Positions 8,599-19,134 of a DNA stretch of 64,000 bases are shown here, in pieces. Under the pieces are notes generated by a model. The model worked only from the letters and a program-made list of their open reading frames with translations. It was not told where the DNA came from and did no database searches. Both the position numbers and the translations under genes were made by a program. This DNA comes from Thalassovita sp. (lineage in GTDB: Bacteria; Pseudomonadota; Alphaproteobacteria; Rhodobacterales; Rhodobacteraceae): assembly GCF_965218685.1 (NCBI RefSeq), contig NZ_OZ244657.1, forward strand, positions 55,639 through 119,638. Reading direction: 5' to 3'. Each line of letters opens with the position of its first letter. Positions within the stretch are counted from its first letter, which is position 1.

Positions 8599-9996
8599 AT
8601 GGCCACCCAAAAACTTTATGCCGGTGCAAAACTGCGCGAGACCCGCACGCGGCTGGCGCTGACGCAAAAGGAATTCGCCGCCAAGCTGGGCGTGTCCCTG
8701 CCCTATCTGAACCAGATGGAGAACAACAACCGCCCGGTGTCCACCACCGTGGTGTTGGCCTTGGCGCAAGAGTTCGGCTTTGACGTTACCGAGCTGAGCA
8801 CGGGCGATTCTGAACGGCTGGTCAGTGACATGCGCGAAGCGATGGCCGATCCGGTCTTTGCCGATGCCTCGCCGCCGCTGGCGGATTTGCGTCTGACCGC
8901 CTCGAACGCGCCGGCCTTGGCCCGCGCCTTTCTGGATCTGCACCGCGCGTATCGGCAAACCCACGAACGGCTGGCCAGTCTGGACGAAGCTTTGGGCCGC
9001 GAGGACAGCCGCACCCAGCCCAGCCCCTGGGACGAGGTTCGCGACTTTTTCCATTATTGCGACAACTACATCGACGCTGTGGACCGTGCCGCCGAGCATT
9101 TCGCCCAAGGTGCAGGCGAGCAAGGCATCCGCACTCACGCCATGCACACCCTGCGCGCCGCCGGGATTACGGTCAAATCGCAGGCCTGCGACACGACCCG
9201 CTTTTTCGATCGTGAAAGCCGCATCCTGATCCTGTCCAACCGCGCCGCACCCGAAACCCAGACCTTTCAGTTGCTGCTGCAAATCGCGTTGCTGCATCAG
9301 GACAAGCTGCTTGAGGCAACGCTGGATCTGGCCCGTTTCCAAACCGAAGAGGCCCGCTCGATCGCGAAAATCGGGCTGGCCAACTATTTCGCGGGGGCCA
9401 GTCTGATGCCCTATGGCGCTTTTCTGGCCGCCGCGCAGGCCACGCGCCACGATCTGGAACTGCTGGCCCACCAGTTCGGCGCCTCGATCGAGCAGGTCGC
9501 CCATCGACTTTCGACACTCCAGCGGCCCAGCGCCAAGGGTATTCCGTTCTTCTTTGTCCGTGTCGATCAGGCCGGCACGATCACCAAACGCCACAGCGCC
9601 ACACGCCTGCAATTCGCCCGTTTCGGCGGGGCATGCCCGCTGTGGAACGTGCACCAAGCCTTTGAAACACCAGGCCGTTTTCTGCGCCAGTTGGCCGAGA
9701 CCCCGGACGGCGTGCGCTATATCAGCCTGGCGCGGGATGTCTCGAAACCAGCGGGCAGTTTTGGTGCGCCGGTGCGCCGTTTCGCGATCTCTTTGGGCTG
9801 CGAGGTGCGCCACGCGCATGATCTGGTCTATGCCGATGATCTGGATCTGACCAACCCTAAAGCTTACGAGCCCATCGGGATTTCCTGCCGGATCTGCGAA
9901 CGCAAAGACTGCCACCAACGCTCAGTTCCGCCATTGGAACGCAGGCTAACCATTGACGCGAATGAGCGCGGTCTGCTGCCATACCGGGTGGATTGA
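8599..9996 (+). CDS. pccR: ScfR-family short-chain acyl-CoA regulator PccR
   Basis: N-terminal XRE HTH (LTQKEFAAKLGVSLPYLNQMENNNRP), ANYFAGA, FGASIEQVAHRLSTLQRP, GGACPLWNVH, CRICERKDCHQR; pcc context. Confidence 0.93.
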   Translation: MATQKLYAGAKLRETRTRLALTQKEFAAKLGVSLPYLNQMENNNRPVSTTVVLALAQEFGFDVTELSTGDSERLVSDMREAMADPVFADASPPLADLRLTASNAPALARAFLDLHRAYRQTHERLASLDEALGREDSRTQPSPWDEVRDFFHYCDNYIDAVDRAAEHFAQGAGEQGIRTHAMHTLRAAGITVKSQACDTTRFFDRESRILILSNRAAPETQTFQLLLQIALLHQDKLLEATLDLARFQTEEARSIAKIGLANYFAGASLMPYGAFLAAAQATRHDLELLAHQFGASIEQVAHRLSTLQRPSAKGIPFFFVRVDQAGTITKRHSATRLQFARFGGACPLWNVHQAFETPGRFLRQLAETPDGVRYISLARDVSKPAGSFGAPVRRFAISLGCEVRHAHDLVYADDLDLTNPKAYEPIGISCRICERKDCHQRSVPPLERRLTIDANERGLLPYRVD

Positions 9997-10796
9997 TGCG
10001 GCGACTGGTTTTCAAGCTGGTGCTGCTGGCCGGCATCGTTCTGGCCGTGGCCGCCGCTGCAAGTCAGGCGGAAAGGTTTCTGTTCTACCCCTTCGATCCG
10101 CGCCATGTTTCGCCGCAGGATGCGGGCCTGTCCGGCGTCACCGAAACCCGCTTAAGCACCCCGGATGGGGAAACCCTGATCGTCTGGTCGGCGCCCCCGA
10201 AAGGTGGCATGCCGGTGATCCTGTATTTTCACGGAAACGCCGGAAACCTGGCTGTGCGCGCGGCGCGGTTTCAACGGATGATGGACCAGGGGTTCGGGCT
10301 GATTGCACCGGCCTATCGCGGATCATCCGGCAGTACCGGCACCCCGTCCGAGGAAACCCTGATTGCTGATGCCAAGCTTGTCGCCGCCCATCCCGGCTGG
10401 CCCAAATCGGACAAGCGCGCGATCTATGGCGAAAGCTTGGGCACCGCTGTTGCCATCGCGCTGCTTGCCCAAGGGGGCAATGCAGACGCCCTACTGCTTG
10501 AGGCGCCACTGACTTCGATCCAGGCGATGGCGCAGACGCATTACCCCTCGCTTGCACCCTTGACCGATAAGTTGCGCAATCAATGGCCCTCGCTTAGCCG
10601 CGCCCAGCATCTGAAGCTGCCGATGATGATCATACACGGAACCGAGGACACGCTGATTCCCATAGAAATGGGGCGGCAGATCCATGCTGCCGCCCCATCT
10701 AAGGACAAATCGTTCCTTGCCGTCAAAGGCGCCGGCCATACCGACCTTTGGCGCAACTGGACCATGACCCGCATGTGGCGGTTCCTAGCCCGGTAG
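9996..10796 (+). CDS. Alpha/beta hydrolase with N-terminal anchor
   Basis: YFHGNAG oxyanion motif, GESLG nucleophile elbow, HGTEDTLIP, GAGHTD; TGATG coupling to pccR. Confidence 0.85.
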   Translation: MRRLVFKLVLLAGIVLAVAAAASQAERFLFYPFDPRHVSPQDAGLSGVTETRLSTPDGETLIVWSAPPKGGMPVILYFHGNAGNLAVRAARFQRMMDQGFGLIAPAYRGSSGSTGTPSEETLIADAKLVAAHPGWPKSDKRAIYGESLGTAVAIALLAQGGNADALLLEAPLTSIQAMAQTHYPSLAPLTDKLRNQWPSLSRAQHLKLPMMIIHGTEDTLIPIEMGRQIHAAAPSKDKSFLAVKGAGHTDLWRNWTMTRMWRFLAR

Positions 10797-10803
10797 ACTG
10801 GCC

Positions 10804-11046
10804 TCAGGCGGTTTCCTTGATCATCGCATAAAGCTCGTCTTTCAGGACCGAGCGGCGCTTGCGCATATCATTTTCGGCAAGCTGCTCAACGGGTTCCACG
10901 TTGGTTTCAGCGCGGTGCACGGCGCGGTTCAGCTCGTGGTATTCCTCGGCCAGTTTGGCGAAATGAGCATTGGATTGCTTCAGCTGGCTGATGGCAGCAG
11001 CATGTTCGGGGAACTCTTCATGAAGCTCGTGGGGGGTATTCGACAT
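10804..11046 (-). CDS. YdcH/DUF465-family protein
   Basis: HELHEEFPE...LKQSNAHFAKLAEEYHELNRAVHRAE...LKDEL coiled-coil pattern; GGAGA RBS. Confidence 0.85.
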   Translation of the reverse strand: MSNTPHELHEEFPEHAAAISQLKQSNAHFAKLAEEYHELNRAVHRAETNVEPVEQLAENDMRKRRSVLKDELYAMIKETA

Positions 11047-11148
11047 CGCGCGATCTCCTTCCTGTCGTTAGTTTCAACAGAGCCTACCCAAGCCACATGC
11101 AAGCGACCTTGATACGGATCAACCCAATCGCGCAAACAGGCAAAAAGC

Positions 11149-11706
11149 TCACACCATGTCTGCCCCGTATTCCAGGATCAAAGGCACGATCAGGTCTTCT
11201 TCATCCTCAAGATGTCGGATCAGGTAACGCTGGAACGCTTGTTGCACCGCCAAAAGGTCCGCCACGTCGATTCGCGCAACGTCACCGGCCTGAATCTCGC
11301 GCAACACCAAATTGGATTGCTCGGCTAATTGCGCCATCTGGTCGTCCAGCGCATGGTGGTCTGCGTCCAGCAGGTCGAACCCGTCCAGCAAACGCGCATC
11401 CAACCCCCGAAACATAGGGAAATAGTGGTCGTCTTCGATCCCGTGATGGCCATGCAGCTGGTCCAGCAAAAACCCCGTCAATCGCGGCATCTCGGCGCCA
11501 TAACGCGGCGCGCGCGCGTCCAGCATCGCCTGCGTATCGCGCACCAAGCGTGTCATCACCTGGCGAAACATCCCGTGCCGCTCCAGCCAAAACGCCGTCA
11601 GCCCATTAAAATGGGCATGCCCTGTCCACATGTCCCGAGGGTACTGAGCGCGCAACACCTGCAAGTGCTCTGGCAACCCGTCGCGTAATTCCAATCGATT
11701 CAACAT
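11149..11706 (-). CDS. Hemerythrin/HHE cation-binding domain protein
   Basis: H...HHxxE (LHGHHGIED), DHH and HxxxEE (HLEDEEDL) ligand spacing. Confidence 0.75.
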   Translation of the reverse strand: MLNRLELRDGLPEHLQVLRAQYPRDMWTGHAHFNGLTAFWLERHGMFRQVMTRLVRDTQAMLDARAPRYGAEMPRLTGFLLDQLHGHHGIEDDHYFPMFRGLDARLLDGFDLLDADHHALDDQMAQLAEQSNLVLREIQAGDVARIDVADLLAVQQAFQRYLIRHLEDEEDLIVPLILEYGADMV

Positions 11707-11803
11707 CACAAACGCCAAACATCATTTTCATTTTCAAAATATCTTAGGGATGCGCAAAAATAATCCCCGATTTTCGTAGGAGGGGGCTGCGCGCCCCTTC
11801 CGC

Positions 11804-13450
11804 TTATCGCTGCGCGTTTCTCCAGTCCGGGTGCATCCAGGGGGCCAGGTTTTCCGGCCCCAGAGGATCACGCCCCAACAGCAAATCGCTGACCTTCTCG
11901 CCCACCATAATCGACGGGGCGTTCAGGTTGCCATTGGTAATCCGCGGGAAAATCGAGCTGTCAGCAACCCGCAGCCCGTCCACACCAATCACCCGCGCCT
12001 GCGGATCAACCACTGCCAGCGGATCGTCCGCACGCCCCATCCGGCAGGTGCCGCAGGGGTGATAGGCACTTTCGGCGTGCTCGCGAATAAAGCTGTCCAG
12101 TTCGTCATCGGTTTGCAGATCGGCGCCGGGCTGAATCTCGTGTTTCAGGAAGGGTTTGAACGCCTCTTGCCCGAACACCTCGCGCGTCAGGCGCAGGCAT
12201 TGGCGGAAATCACGCCAATCGCTTTCTTCGGACATATAATTGAAGCGGATCACCGGCGCGTCCTTGGGATCGGCCGAGCGCAAGGTCACTGCCCCGCGCG
12301 ATTCGCTGCGCATCGGACCGACATGGGCCTGGAATCCATGCCCCTCGGCGGCAGCCTTGCCATCATAGCGTACGGCGATGGGCAAGAAGTGGTACTGAAT
12401 GTCCGGATAATCAACGCCCGCGTTCGAGCGGATAAACCCAGCGCTTTCGAACTGGTTACTTGCCCCCAGCCCCTTGCCGGTAAGCAGCCATTGCGCGCCG
12501 ATCACCCCTTTCCAGATCAGGTTCCAATATTTGTACAAAGTCACCGGCTGGCTGGCCGCCATCTGCATATAAACCTCAAGGTGATCTTGCAGGTTCGCGC
12601 CCACGCCGGGCCGGTCCGCCACCACGTCAATCCCATGCTCGGCCAGATGCGCGCCCGCGCCGATCCCCGATTGCATCAGCAGCTTGGGCGAATTGATGGA
12701 CGAGGCCGCCAGCACCACCTCGCGCCGCGCGCGGATGATCTGACGCTGGCCGCCCCGCTCGATCTCAACCCCGACGGCGCGGCCTTCTTCGATCACCACT
12801 TTGCAGGCCAACCCCCGCACCACATCCACGTTGTAATGCTTCCTGGCAGGCTTCAGATAGGCATTCGCGGCTGACCAGCGCCGCCCCTTGTAAACCGTCT
12901 GCTCCATCGGGCCGAAACCCTCTTGCTGCTGACCGTTGTAGTCCTGTGTCACCGGGTATCCGGCCTGCTTTCCGGCCTCAACAAAGGCATGAAACAGAGG
13001 GTTCTTGCGCGGCCCACGCGTGACATGCAAAGGCCCGTCCGTCCCCCGATATTCCGAGGTCCCGCCGTGCCATGTCTCCATCCGTTTGAAATAGGGCAGC
13101 ACGTCGGCATAACCCCAGCCATCTGCGCCAACCTCGGCCCAGTGATCGAAATCACAGGCATGGCCGCGCACAAACACCATCCCGTTGATCGAGGACGACC
13201 CCCCGATCACCTTGCCCCGCGGCGTCGCCAAACGGCGGTTGTCCAAATGCGGCTCGGGCTCGGATTGGTACCCCCAGTCGTAAATCCCCATATTCATTGG
13301 ATAGGACAAAGCCGCCGGCATCTGGATGAACGGCCCGGCATCGCTGCCGCCGTACTCGATCACCAACACGCTCGCCCCGGCCTCGCCCAACCGATAAGCC
13401 ATGGCGCAGCCAGCACTGCCTGCGCCCACGATCACGAAATCCGCTTCCAT
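11804..13450 (-). CDS. betA: Choline dehydrogenase (GMC oxidoreductase)
   Basis: GAGSAG FAD motif, [42 protein letters not shown]; bet operon context. Confidence 0.96.
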   Translation of the reverse strand: MEADFVIVGAGSAGCAMAYRLGEAGASVLVIEYGGSDAGPFIQMPAALSYPMNMGIYDWGYQSEPEPHLDNRRLATPRGKVIGGSSSINGMVFVRGHACDFDHWAEVGADGWGYADVLPYFKRMETWHGGTSEYRGTDGPLHVTRGPRKNPLFHAFVEAGKQAGYPVTQDYNGQQQEGFGPMEQTVYKGRRWSAANAYLKPARKHYNVDVVRGLACKVVIEEGRAVGVEIERGGQRQIIRARREVVLAASSINSPKLLMQSGIGAGAHLAEHGIDVVADRPGVGANLQDHLEVYMQMAASQPVTLYKYWNLIWKGVIGAQWLLTGKGLGASNQFESAGFIRSNAGVDYPDIQYHFLPIAVRYDGKAAAEGHGFQAHVGPMRSESRGAVTLRSADPKDAPVIRFNYMSEESDWRDFRQCLRLTREVFGQEAFKPFLKHEIQPGADLQTDDELDSFIREHAESAYHPCGTCRMGRADDPLAVVDPQARVIGVDGLRVADSSIFPRITNGNLNAPSIMVGEKVSDLLLGRDPLGPENLAPWMHPDWRNAQR

Positions 13451-13480
13451 TGTCATTGCTCCGCTTGGCCGCTCCATGAC

Positions 13481-13531
13481 CCGCGCCTCTCGGGACGGGG
13501 GTGGGCGGGCGGGCCGGCCCGAGAGGCGCGG
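13481..13531. repeat. REP-like palindrome between betB and betA
   Basis: Perfect 14-bp inverted repeat CCGCGCCTCTCGGG (13481-13494) / CCCGAGAGGCGCGG (13518-13531) with a G-rich loop. Confidence 0.7.
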
Positions 13532-13541
13532 CCCAAAGGTG

Positions 13542-15002
13542 TCAGAAAGGCGCCTCAACAGCATCCATGCGCACGAAAACCGATTTCAGCTGCGAATAAT
13601 GCTCGATGGCCGCCTTGGAATTCTCACGCCCCACGCCCGAGGCTTTCACACCACCGAACGGCACCTCCACGGGCGCGTCATTGTAGGAATTGATGAAACA
13701 GGTGCCCGCCTGGAACCCCGCCACCATCCGATGAGCCCGCGCCAGATCACGGGTGAACACACCCGCCGCCAGCCCGAACTCGGTATCGTTGGCCCGCGCC
13801 AGAACCTCGTCTTCCTCCTCGAAGTCCAACACGCACATCACCGGGCCAAAAATCTCTTCGCGCGCGATCACCATGTTGTCGCGAACATCGGCAAACACCG
13901 TCGGTTCGATGAAAAACCCTTTATTGTCCAGTCTCTTACCACCACAGACCAGCCGAGCGCCCTCTTCCTGGCCCTTGGCGACATAGCGCTCCACGATGGC
14001 CAGCTGACCTTCGGACACCATGGGGCCAAAGCTGACATCCTCGTCCATCGGATCGCCGATTTTGGCATCCGCCAACCGTTCGGTCAGGCGCTTCAGGAAT
14101 GCCTCTTTGATGCCCTTTTGCACGAACACCCGCGTCCCGTTCGAGCACACCTGCCCCGAGGAATAGAAGTTCCCCAGGATCGCGCCACCCACAGCATCCT
14201 CGATATCCGCATCATCGAAAATCACCAGGGGGGACTTCCCGCCCAGCTCCATCGTGACGTGTTTCATCTGGCCCGCTGCGGCGGCATAAACCTTGCGCCC
14301 CGTGGGCACCGATCCGGTCAAGGACACCTTATCCACACGCGGGTCAGTCACCAGGTTCCCGCCGACTTCGCCCATGCCCTGGACAACGTTGAACAGCCCT
14401 GCAGGCAGGCCTGCCTCGTGCAGAATTTCAGCGACTTTCAGTGCACAAAGCGGCGTGGTTTCCGAGGGTTTGAACACCATCGCATTGCCGCAGGCCAGCG
14501 CCGGCGCGGCCTTCCAGCAGGCGATCTGCGTGGGATAGTTCCACGCGCCGATGCCGACACAAACCCCCAACGCCTCGCGCACCGTGTAGGCCCAGTTGCC
14601 ATCGCCCAGCGGGATATGCTCGCCGGTCAGGGACGCGGCCAGCCCCCCGAAATATTCCAACGCATCCGCGCCCGAGCTCGCGTCGGCCACCAGCGTTTCC
14701 TGTAGGGGTTTGCCGGTGTCATAGGTCTCTAGAATCGACAGGTCGCGATTGCGGTCGCGGATTATATCAGCCGCACGGCGCAGGATGCGGCCGCGCTCGG
14801 TGCCCGGCAACGCCGCCCATTCCGCCTGAGCCTCTCTGGCTGCGTTTAACGCCGCATCAATCACGGACGGAGTGGCAGCATGCACGGTCGCGATCACCTC
14901 GCCGGTGGCAGGATAGATCACCTCGATCGGCGTGCCCTCTGTGTCCTCAAGATAGGCGCCGTTCACGAAATGGCTGGCAGTGGGTTGAGTCGGATAGGTC
15001 AT
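13542..15002 (-). CDS. betB: Betaine aldehyde dehydrogenase
   Basis: [37 protein letters not shown] (catalytic Cys), EEIFGPV; start at MTYPTQP. Confidence 0.96.
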   Translation of the reverse strand: MTYPTQPTASHFVNGAYLEDTEGTPIEVIYPATGEVIATVHAATPSVIDAALNAAREAQAEWAALPGTERGRILRRAADIIRDRNRDLSILETYDTGKPLQETLVADASSGADALEYFGGLAASLTGEHIPLGDGNWAYTVREALGVCVGIGAWNYPTQIACWKAAPALACGNAMVFKPSETTPLCALKVAEILHEAGLPAGLFNVVQGMGEVGGNLVTDPRVDKVSLTGSVPTGRKVYAAAAGQMKHVTMELGGKSPLVIFDDADIEDAVGGAILGNFYSSGQVCSNGTRVFVQKGIKEAFLKRLTERLADAKIGDPMDEDVSFGPMVSEGQLAIVERYVAKGQEEGARLVCGGKRLDNKGFFIEPTVFADVRDNMVIAREEIFGPVMCVLDFEEEDEVLARANDTEFGLAAGVFTRDLARAHRMVAGFQAGTCFINSYNDAPVEVPFGGVKASGVGRENSKAAIEHYSQLKSVFVRMDAVEAPF

Positions 15003-15024
15003 TGTTTTTCCTATAGGTTTGGGG

Positions 15025-16539
15025 TCATTCCCCACGAGGGAACCGTTGCCCCTCTTCCAGATCATTCAGGTCCATGTGGTTGCGCATGTAGCGCTCGGAT
15101 GCTTTTTGCAGCGGCTGATAATCCCACGGGTAATAGCCGCCCTGACGCAAGGCCTCGTAGACCACCCAGCGGCGGGCCTGGCTTTCGCGGACATCGGCAT
15201 CAAAACGGTCCAGATCCCAGCGTGCCTGCGATTTCGCACGCAGGCTGGCCAGGGTTCCGGCATGTTCGGGGACATCGGCAAGGTTGGTCCGCTCGTGCGG
15301 GTCGGCCTCAAGATCGAACAGCTGATCGGGGTCCAGTGCGCAGCGATTATACTTCCATTTACCATAGCGCAGGCTGACCATCGGCGCATAAGAGGCCTCG
15401 GCCGCGTATTCCATTGCGACGGGGCTGGTCCGTTCCGCCCCCTGCCCCAAAGGCACCAGGGTTTCGCCCGTCGTCCAGGGCATCACCTCGTCCATGGGGG
15501 CGCCCGCCAGATCGCAAAGCGTGGGGCAAATGTCGATATTGCTGACCGGATCAGTGACCAATCCGGGCTGCATCTGCGGGGCCGCGATCATGATCGGCAC
15601 CCGCGAGGACCCTTCGTAAAAGCTCATCTTGAACCAAAGTCCGCGCTCGCCCAGCATGTCTCCGTGATCGCTGACAAACAGGATAATGGTATTGTCCGTC
15701 TGGCGCGTGCTGTCCAGAACGTTCAGGATTTCTCCTATTTTATCATCTAGATAGCTGATATTGGCGAAATAGGCGCGGCGGGATCTGCGCACGTCCTCGG
15801 GGGTGATATCAAAGGACCGCCAGTCGTTTGCGTCAAAAATCCGCTGGGAATGCGCGTCCTGCTCCTCATAGGGAATGGGCGGGACCGTGGGCTCCAGATG
15901 CTGGCAATCCTCGTAGAGATCCCAGTATTTTTTCCGCGCCACATAGGGATCATGCGGATGGGTAAAGCTGACGGTCAGACACCAGGGGCGATCATCCTTG
16001 CCGCGCGCCAGATCATAGATTTTGCGGGTCGCGTGATAGGCGACTTCGTCATCATATTCCATCTGGTTGCTGATCTCGGCCACGCCCGCACCCGTCACCG
16101 AGCCCATGTTGTGATACCACCAGTCAATCCGCTCGCCGGGTTTGCGATAATCCGGCGTCCAACCGAAATCGGCGGGGTAAATATCGGTGGTCAGGCGCTC
16201 TTCGAACCCGTGCAGCTGGTCGGGGCCAACAAAGTGCATCTTGCCGGACAGCGCGGTCTGATACCCGGCGCGGCGCAAATGGTGCGCATAGGTCGGGATC
16301 GAGGAGGTAAACTCGGCCGCGTTATCATAGACCCGCGTCGCACTGGGCAACTGGCCGGACATGAACGACGCCCGCCCCGGCGCACACAGCGGCGAGGCGG
16401 TGTAGGCATTGCGAAACCGGGTCGAGCGCGCAGCCAGCGCCTTTAGGTTCGGGGCATGCAACCAGTCGGCAGGACCATCGGGAAATAGCGTTCCGTTTAG
16501 CTGGTCTACCATTAGTATCAAGATGTTAGGCTTGCCCAT
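15025..16539 (-). CDS. betC: Choline sulfatase
   Basis: [10 protein letters not shown], sulfatase CxPxR motif (LCAPGRAS), [15 protein letters not shown]; bet operon. Confidence 0.95.
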   Translation of the reverse strand: MGKPNILILMVDQLNGTLFPDGPADWLHAPNLKALAARSTRFRNAYTASPLCAPGRASFMSGQLPSATRVYDNAAEFTSSIPTYAHHLRRAGYQTALSGKMHFVGPDQLHGFEERLTTDIYPADFGWTPDYRKPGERIDWWYHNMGSVTGAGVAEISNQMEYDDEVAYHATRKIYDLARGKDDRPWCLTVSFTHPHDPYVARKKYWDLYEDCQHLEPTVPPIPYEEQDAHSQRIFDANDWRSFDITPEDVRRSRRAYFANISYLDDKIGEILNVLDSTRQTDNTIILFVSDHGDMLGERGLWFKMSFYEGSSRVPIMIAAPQMQPGLVTDPVSNIDICPTLCDLAGAPMDEVMPWTTGETLVPLGQGAERTSPVAMEYAAEASYAPMVSLRYGKWKYNRCALDPDQLFDLEADPHERTNLADVPEHAGTLASLRAKSQARWDLDRFDADVRESQARRWVVYEALRQGGYYPWDYQPLQKASERYMRNHMDLNDLEEGQRFPRGE

Positions 16540-17113
16540 CGGCGCGCTCCAATCGAGGCAAACAGCCCATTATCAGCCGCACGACACTTTCGGCATCTTC
16601 TTGGTCCATCCCTAACGACTGGCGCAGATAGGCCCCGTCGATCAGGGCGGCAATCCGCTCGGCCAGTACGTCGGATTGATCCCCGCAAATCGGCCGCAGC
16701 GCGTGGCGCAAGTTGGATCGCAACCGGAGCTGATAGACCACCAACAGGCGCCGTGCCTCTTCGGATTTTTGCGCCAGAACATAGAAATTCAGCCAGGCCG
16801 CCACGACCTCGCGCCTGAAGTTCATCTGGCTGAAACTGGCGCGCACAATCGCCTCGACCCGCCCTTGCGAAGTGGTTGCCTGATGCAGCGCCGCGCGCAC
16901 CTCGGCGCCGTAAACCGTTAGCGTATACCGCATAGCCGCCAGAAAGATTTGTTCTTTACCACCAAAGTAATGATGCGCCAGCGCGCTGGACATGCCGGCA
17001 CGTTTCGCGATCTGGCTGACCGTGACATCCAGGGACCCGGCCGCCCCGATCTCGGCGATCGTCGCTTTGATCAGCGATGCGCGGCGGATAGGCTCCATTC
17101 CCAGCTTAGGCAT
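16526..17113 (-). CDS. betI: Choline-responsive TetR repressor
   Basis: MPKLGMEPIRR N-terminus, TetR HTH, WLNFY...RLRSNL. Confidence 0.95.
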   Translation of the reverse strand: MPKLGMEPIRRASLIKATIAEIGAAGSLDVTVSQIAKRAGMSSALAHHYFGGKEQIFLAAMRYTLTVYGAEVRAALHQATTSQGRVEAIVRASFSQMNFRREVVAAWLNFYVLAQKSEEARRLLVVYQLRLRSNLRHALRPICGDQSDVLAERIAALIDGAYLRQSLGMDQEDAESVVRLIMGCLPRLERADGQA

Positions 17114-17150
17114 AACAAACTCCTTGCTATGCTAGGCTAGATGGCTTTTT

Positions 17151-17164
17151 ATTGACTCGTCAAT
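17151..17164. promoter_or_regulatory. BetI operator between divergent betI and choX
   Basis: Palindrome ATTGAC-TC-GTCAAT fits the BetI ATTGA-N4-TCAAT box. Confidence 0.85.
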
Positions 17165-17186
17165 CAAGAAAAACCGGGAGGTCACC

Positions 17187-18110
17187 ATGACCCTGAAGTC
17201 CACACTTTCTGTCCTGGCCATGCTGGCCGCCACCCCTGCCCTGGCCGATTGCACCGAGGTCACATTCTCGGATGTTGGCTGGACCGACATCACCGCCACG
17301 ACCGCCGCCACCACCGTGGTGCTGGACGCGCTGGGATATGACACCGACATCAAGGTCCTGTCCGTTCCGGTGACCTATACCTCGCTGGCCAAAGGTGACA
17401 TCGACATCTTCCTGGGCAACTGGATGCCCACGATGGAGGCCGACATCGCCCCCTACCGCGAGGCAGGCACCGTCGACACCGTCAAGGCCAACCTTTACGG
17501 CGCAAAATACACTCTGGCCGTGAACAAGGCCGCGGCCGATCTGGGCATCAAGGATTTCGCCGACATCGCTACCCACAAAGACGCGCTGGACGCCGAGATC
17601 TATGGCATCGAGCCCGGCAATGACGGCAACCGTCTGATCATGGACATGATCGCCGCCAATGCCTTTGGCCTTGACGGGTTTGAAGTGGTCGAAAGCTCGG
17701 AACAGGGCATGCTGGCCCAAGTCGCCCGCGCCGACCGTAAAAACGATCCGGTCGTCTTCCTGGGCTGGGAACCTCACCCCATGAACGCCAACTTTGACAT
17801 GTCCTACCTGACGGGCGGGGATGACTGGTTTGGCCCCGATCTTGGCGGCGCCACTGTCTTTACCAACACCCGCGCAGGCTACGTCAGCGAATGCCCCAAT
17901 GTTGGCAAGCTTCTGACCAACCTGGAATTCACCCTGGCCATGGAAAACGAGATCATGGGCGCCATCCTCAACGAGGGCACCGATCCCGAAAAGGCCGCAA
18001 TGGACTGGCTCAAGGCGAACCCCACCGCCTTCATGCCCTGGCTGGACGGTGTGACCACCCTTGATGGCGGCAATGCCACCGCCGCTGTCAACGCAGCACT
18101 CGGCCTGTAA
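17187..18110 (+). CDS. choX: Choline ABC transporter substrate-binding protein
   Basis: Signal peptide; SDVGWTDITATT, LGNWMP, YGIEPGNDGN, LGWEPHPMN. Confidence 0.93.
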   Translation: MTLKSTLSVLAMLAATPALADCTEVTFSDVGWTDITATTAATTVVLDALGYDTDIKVLSVPVTYTSLAKGDIDIFLGNWMPTMEADIAPYREAGTVDTVKANLYGAKYTLAVNKAAADLGIKDFADIATHKDALDAEIYGIEPGNDGNRLIMDMIAANAFGLDGFEVVESSEQGMLAQVARADRKNDPVVFLGWEPHPMNANFDMSYLTGGDDWFGPDLGGATVFTNTRAGYVSECPNVGKLLTNLEFTLAMENEIMGAILNEGTDPEKAAMDWLKANPTAFMPWLDGVTTLDGGNATAAVNAALGL

Positions 18111-18115
18111 GTCAG

Positions 18116-18202
18116 GCCCGGCCTCCTCGGGCTCCCTCCCCCCGGCCACGGGGGGAGGACAGGAGGGGGGCCGAGGCGCAGAGACAGGGCGCAGCCCTGC
18201 CC
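18116..18202. repeat. GC-rich hairpin element after choX
   Basis: CCTCCCCCC-GGCCAC-GGGGGGAGG stem nested in a longer imperfect stem, followed by an AGGGC-GCA-GCCCT hairpin. Confidence 0.55.
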
Positions 18203-18297
18203 GTTTGGCAACGCTTGATTGACATTCCGGCCCCGCTTGGGTGCCATAGCGCGCAAGACATGCCCAAACGCCCCCTTCCCTAAAAAAGAGAAGACCC

Positions 18298-19134
18298 ATG
18301 GACTGGATCACCGAAACCAAAATCCCGATTGGCAAGCTTGCCGCCCGGATCTTCGACTGGCTCCAGCTGCATGGTGCGCTGTTCTTCGACGGCCTCTCTG
18401 ACGCTCTCGAGGCGCTGATTGACGGTATCCTCTGGGTACTGCAAACCCCACATCCGCTTATTATCATCGCTTTGTTTGCGGCGCTGACCTTCGCGATCCA
18501 ACGAAACTGGAAACCGGCGCTTATGGTGGCGGTCGGCTTTCTGTTCATCCTCAACCAGGACTATTGGGAGGAAACCACCGAATCCCTGACGCTGGTGCTG
18601 TCGGCCTGTGTGGTCTGCATGGGGCTGGGTGTGCCTATCGGTATCGCCGCCGCGCACAGGCCCAAGCTCTATCAGGCCATGCGCCCGGTGCTGGACCTGA
18701 TGCAGACGCTGCCCACATTCGTCTACCTGATCCCGGCCATCGTGTTTTTTGGTATCGGCATGGTGCCCGGACTGATCGCCACCGTGATCTTTGTGCTGCC
18801 CGCGCCGATCCGCCTGACGCATCTGGGGGTCACCTCGACCCCGCAACCTCTGCTCGAGGCCGCGCAGGCCTTTGGGGCCACGCCGCGCCAGACCCTGCTG
18901 AAGGTCGAGCTTCCCTATGCTCTGCCCCAGATCATGGCAGGCCTGAACCAAACCATCATGTTGTCCCTGTCGATGGTCGTCATCGCCGCGCTTGTGGGCG
19001 CGGACGGGCTGGGTGTGCCGGTGGTGCGAGCTTTGAACCGCGTAGACACCGCTTTGGGTTTTGAATCGGGCTTCGTGATCGTGGTTCTGGCCATCCTTCT
19101 GGACCGAATGCTGCGTGTGGAGGGCAAAAAATGA
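18298..19134 (+). CDS. choW: Choline ABC transporter permease
   Basis: MDWITETKIPIG, LDLMQTLPTFVYLIP, EAA loop (LLEAAQAFGAT). Confidence 0.93.
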   Translation: MDWITETKIPIGKLAARIFDWLQLHGALFFDGLSDALEALIDGILWVLQTPHPLIIIALFAALTFAIQRNWKPALMVAVGFLFILNQDYWEETTESLTLVLSACVVCMGLGVPIGIAAAHRPKLYQAMRPVLDLMQTLPTFVYLIPAIVFFGIGMVPGLIATVIFVLPAPIRLTHLGVTSTPQPLLEAAQAFGATPRQTLLKVELPYALPQIMAGLNQTIMLSLSMVVIAALVGADGLGVPVVRALNRVDTALGFESGFVIVVLAILLDRMLRVEGKK

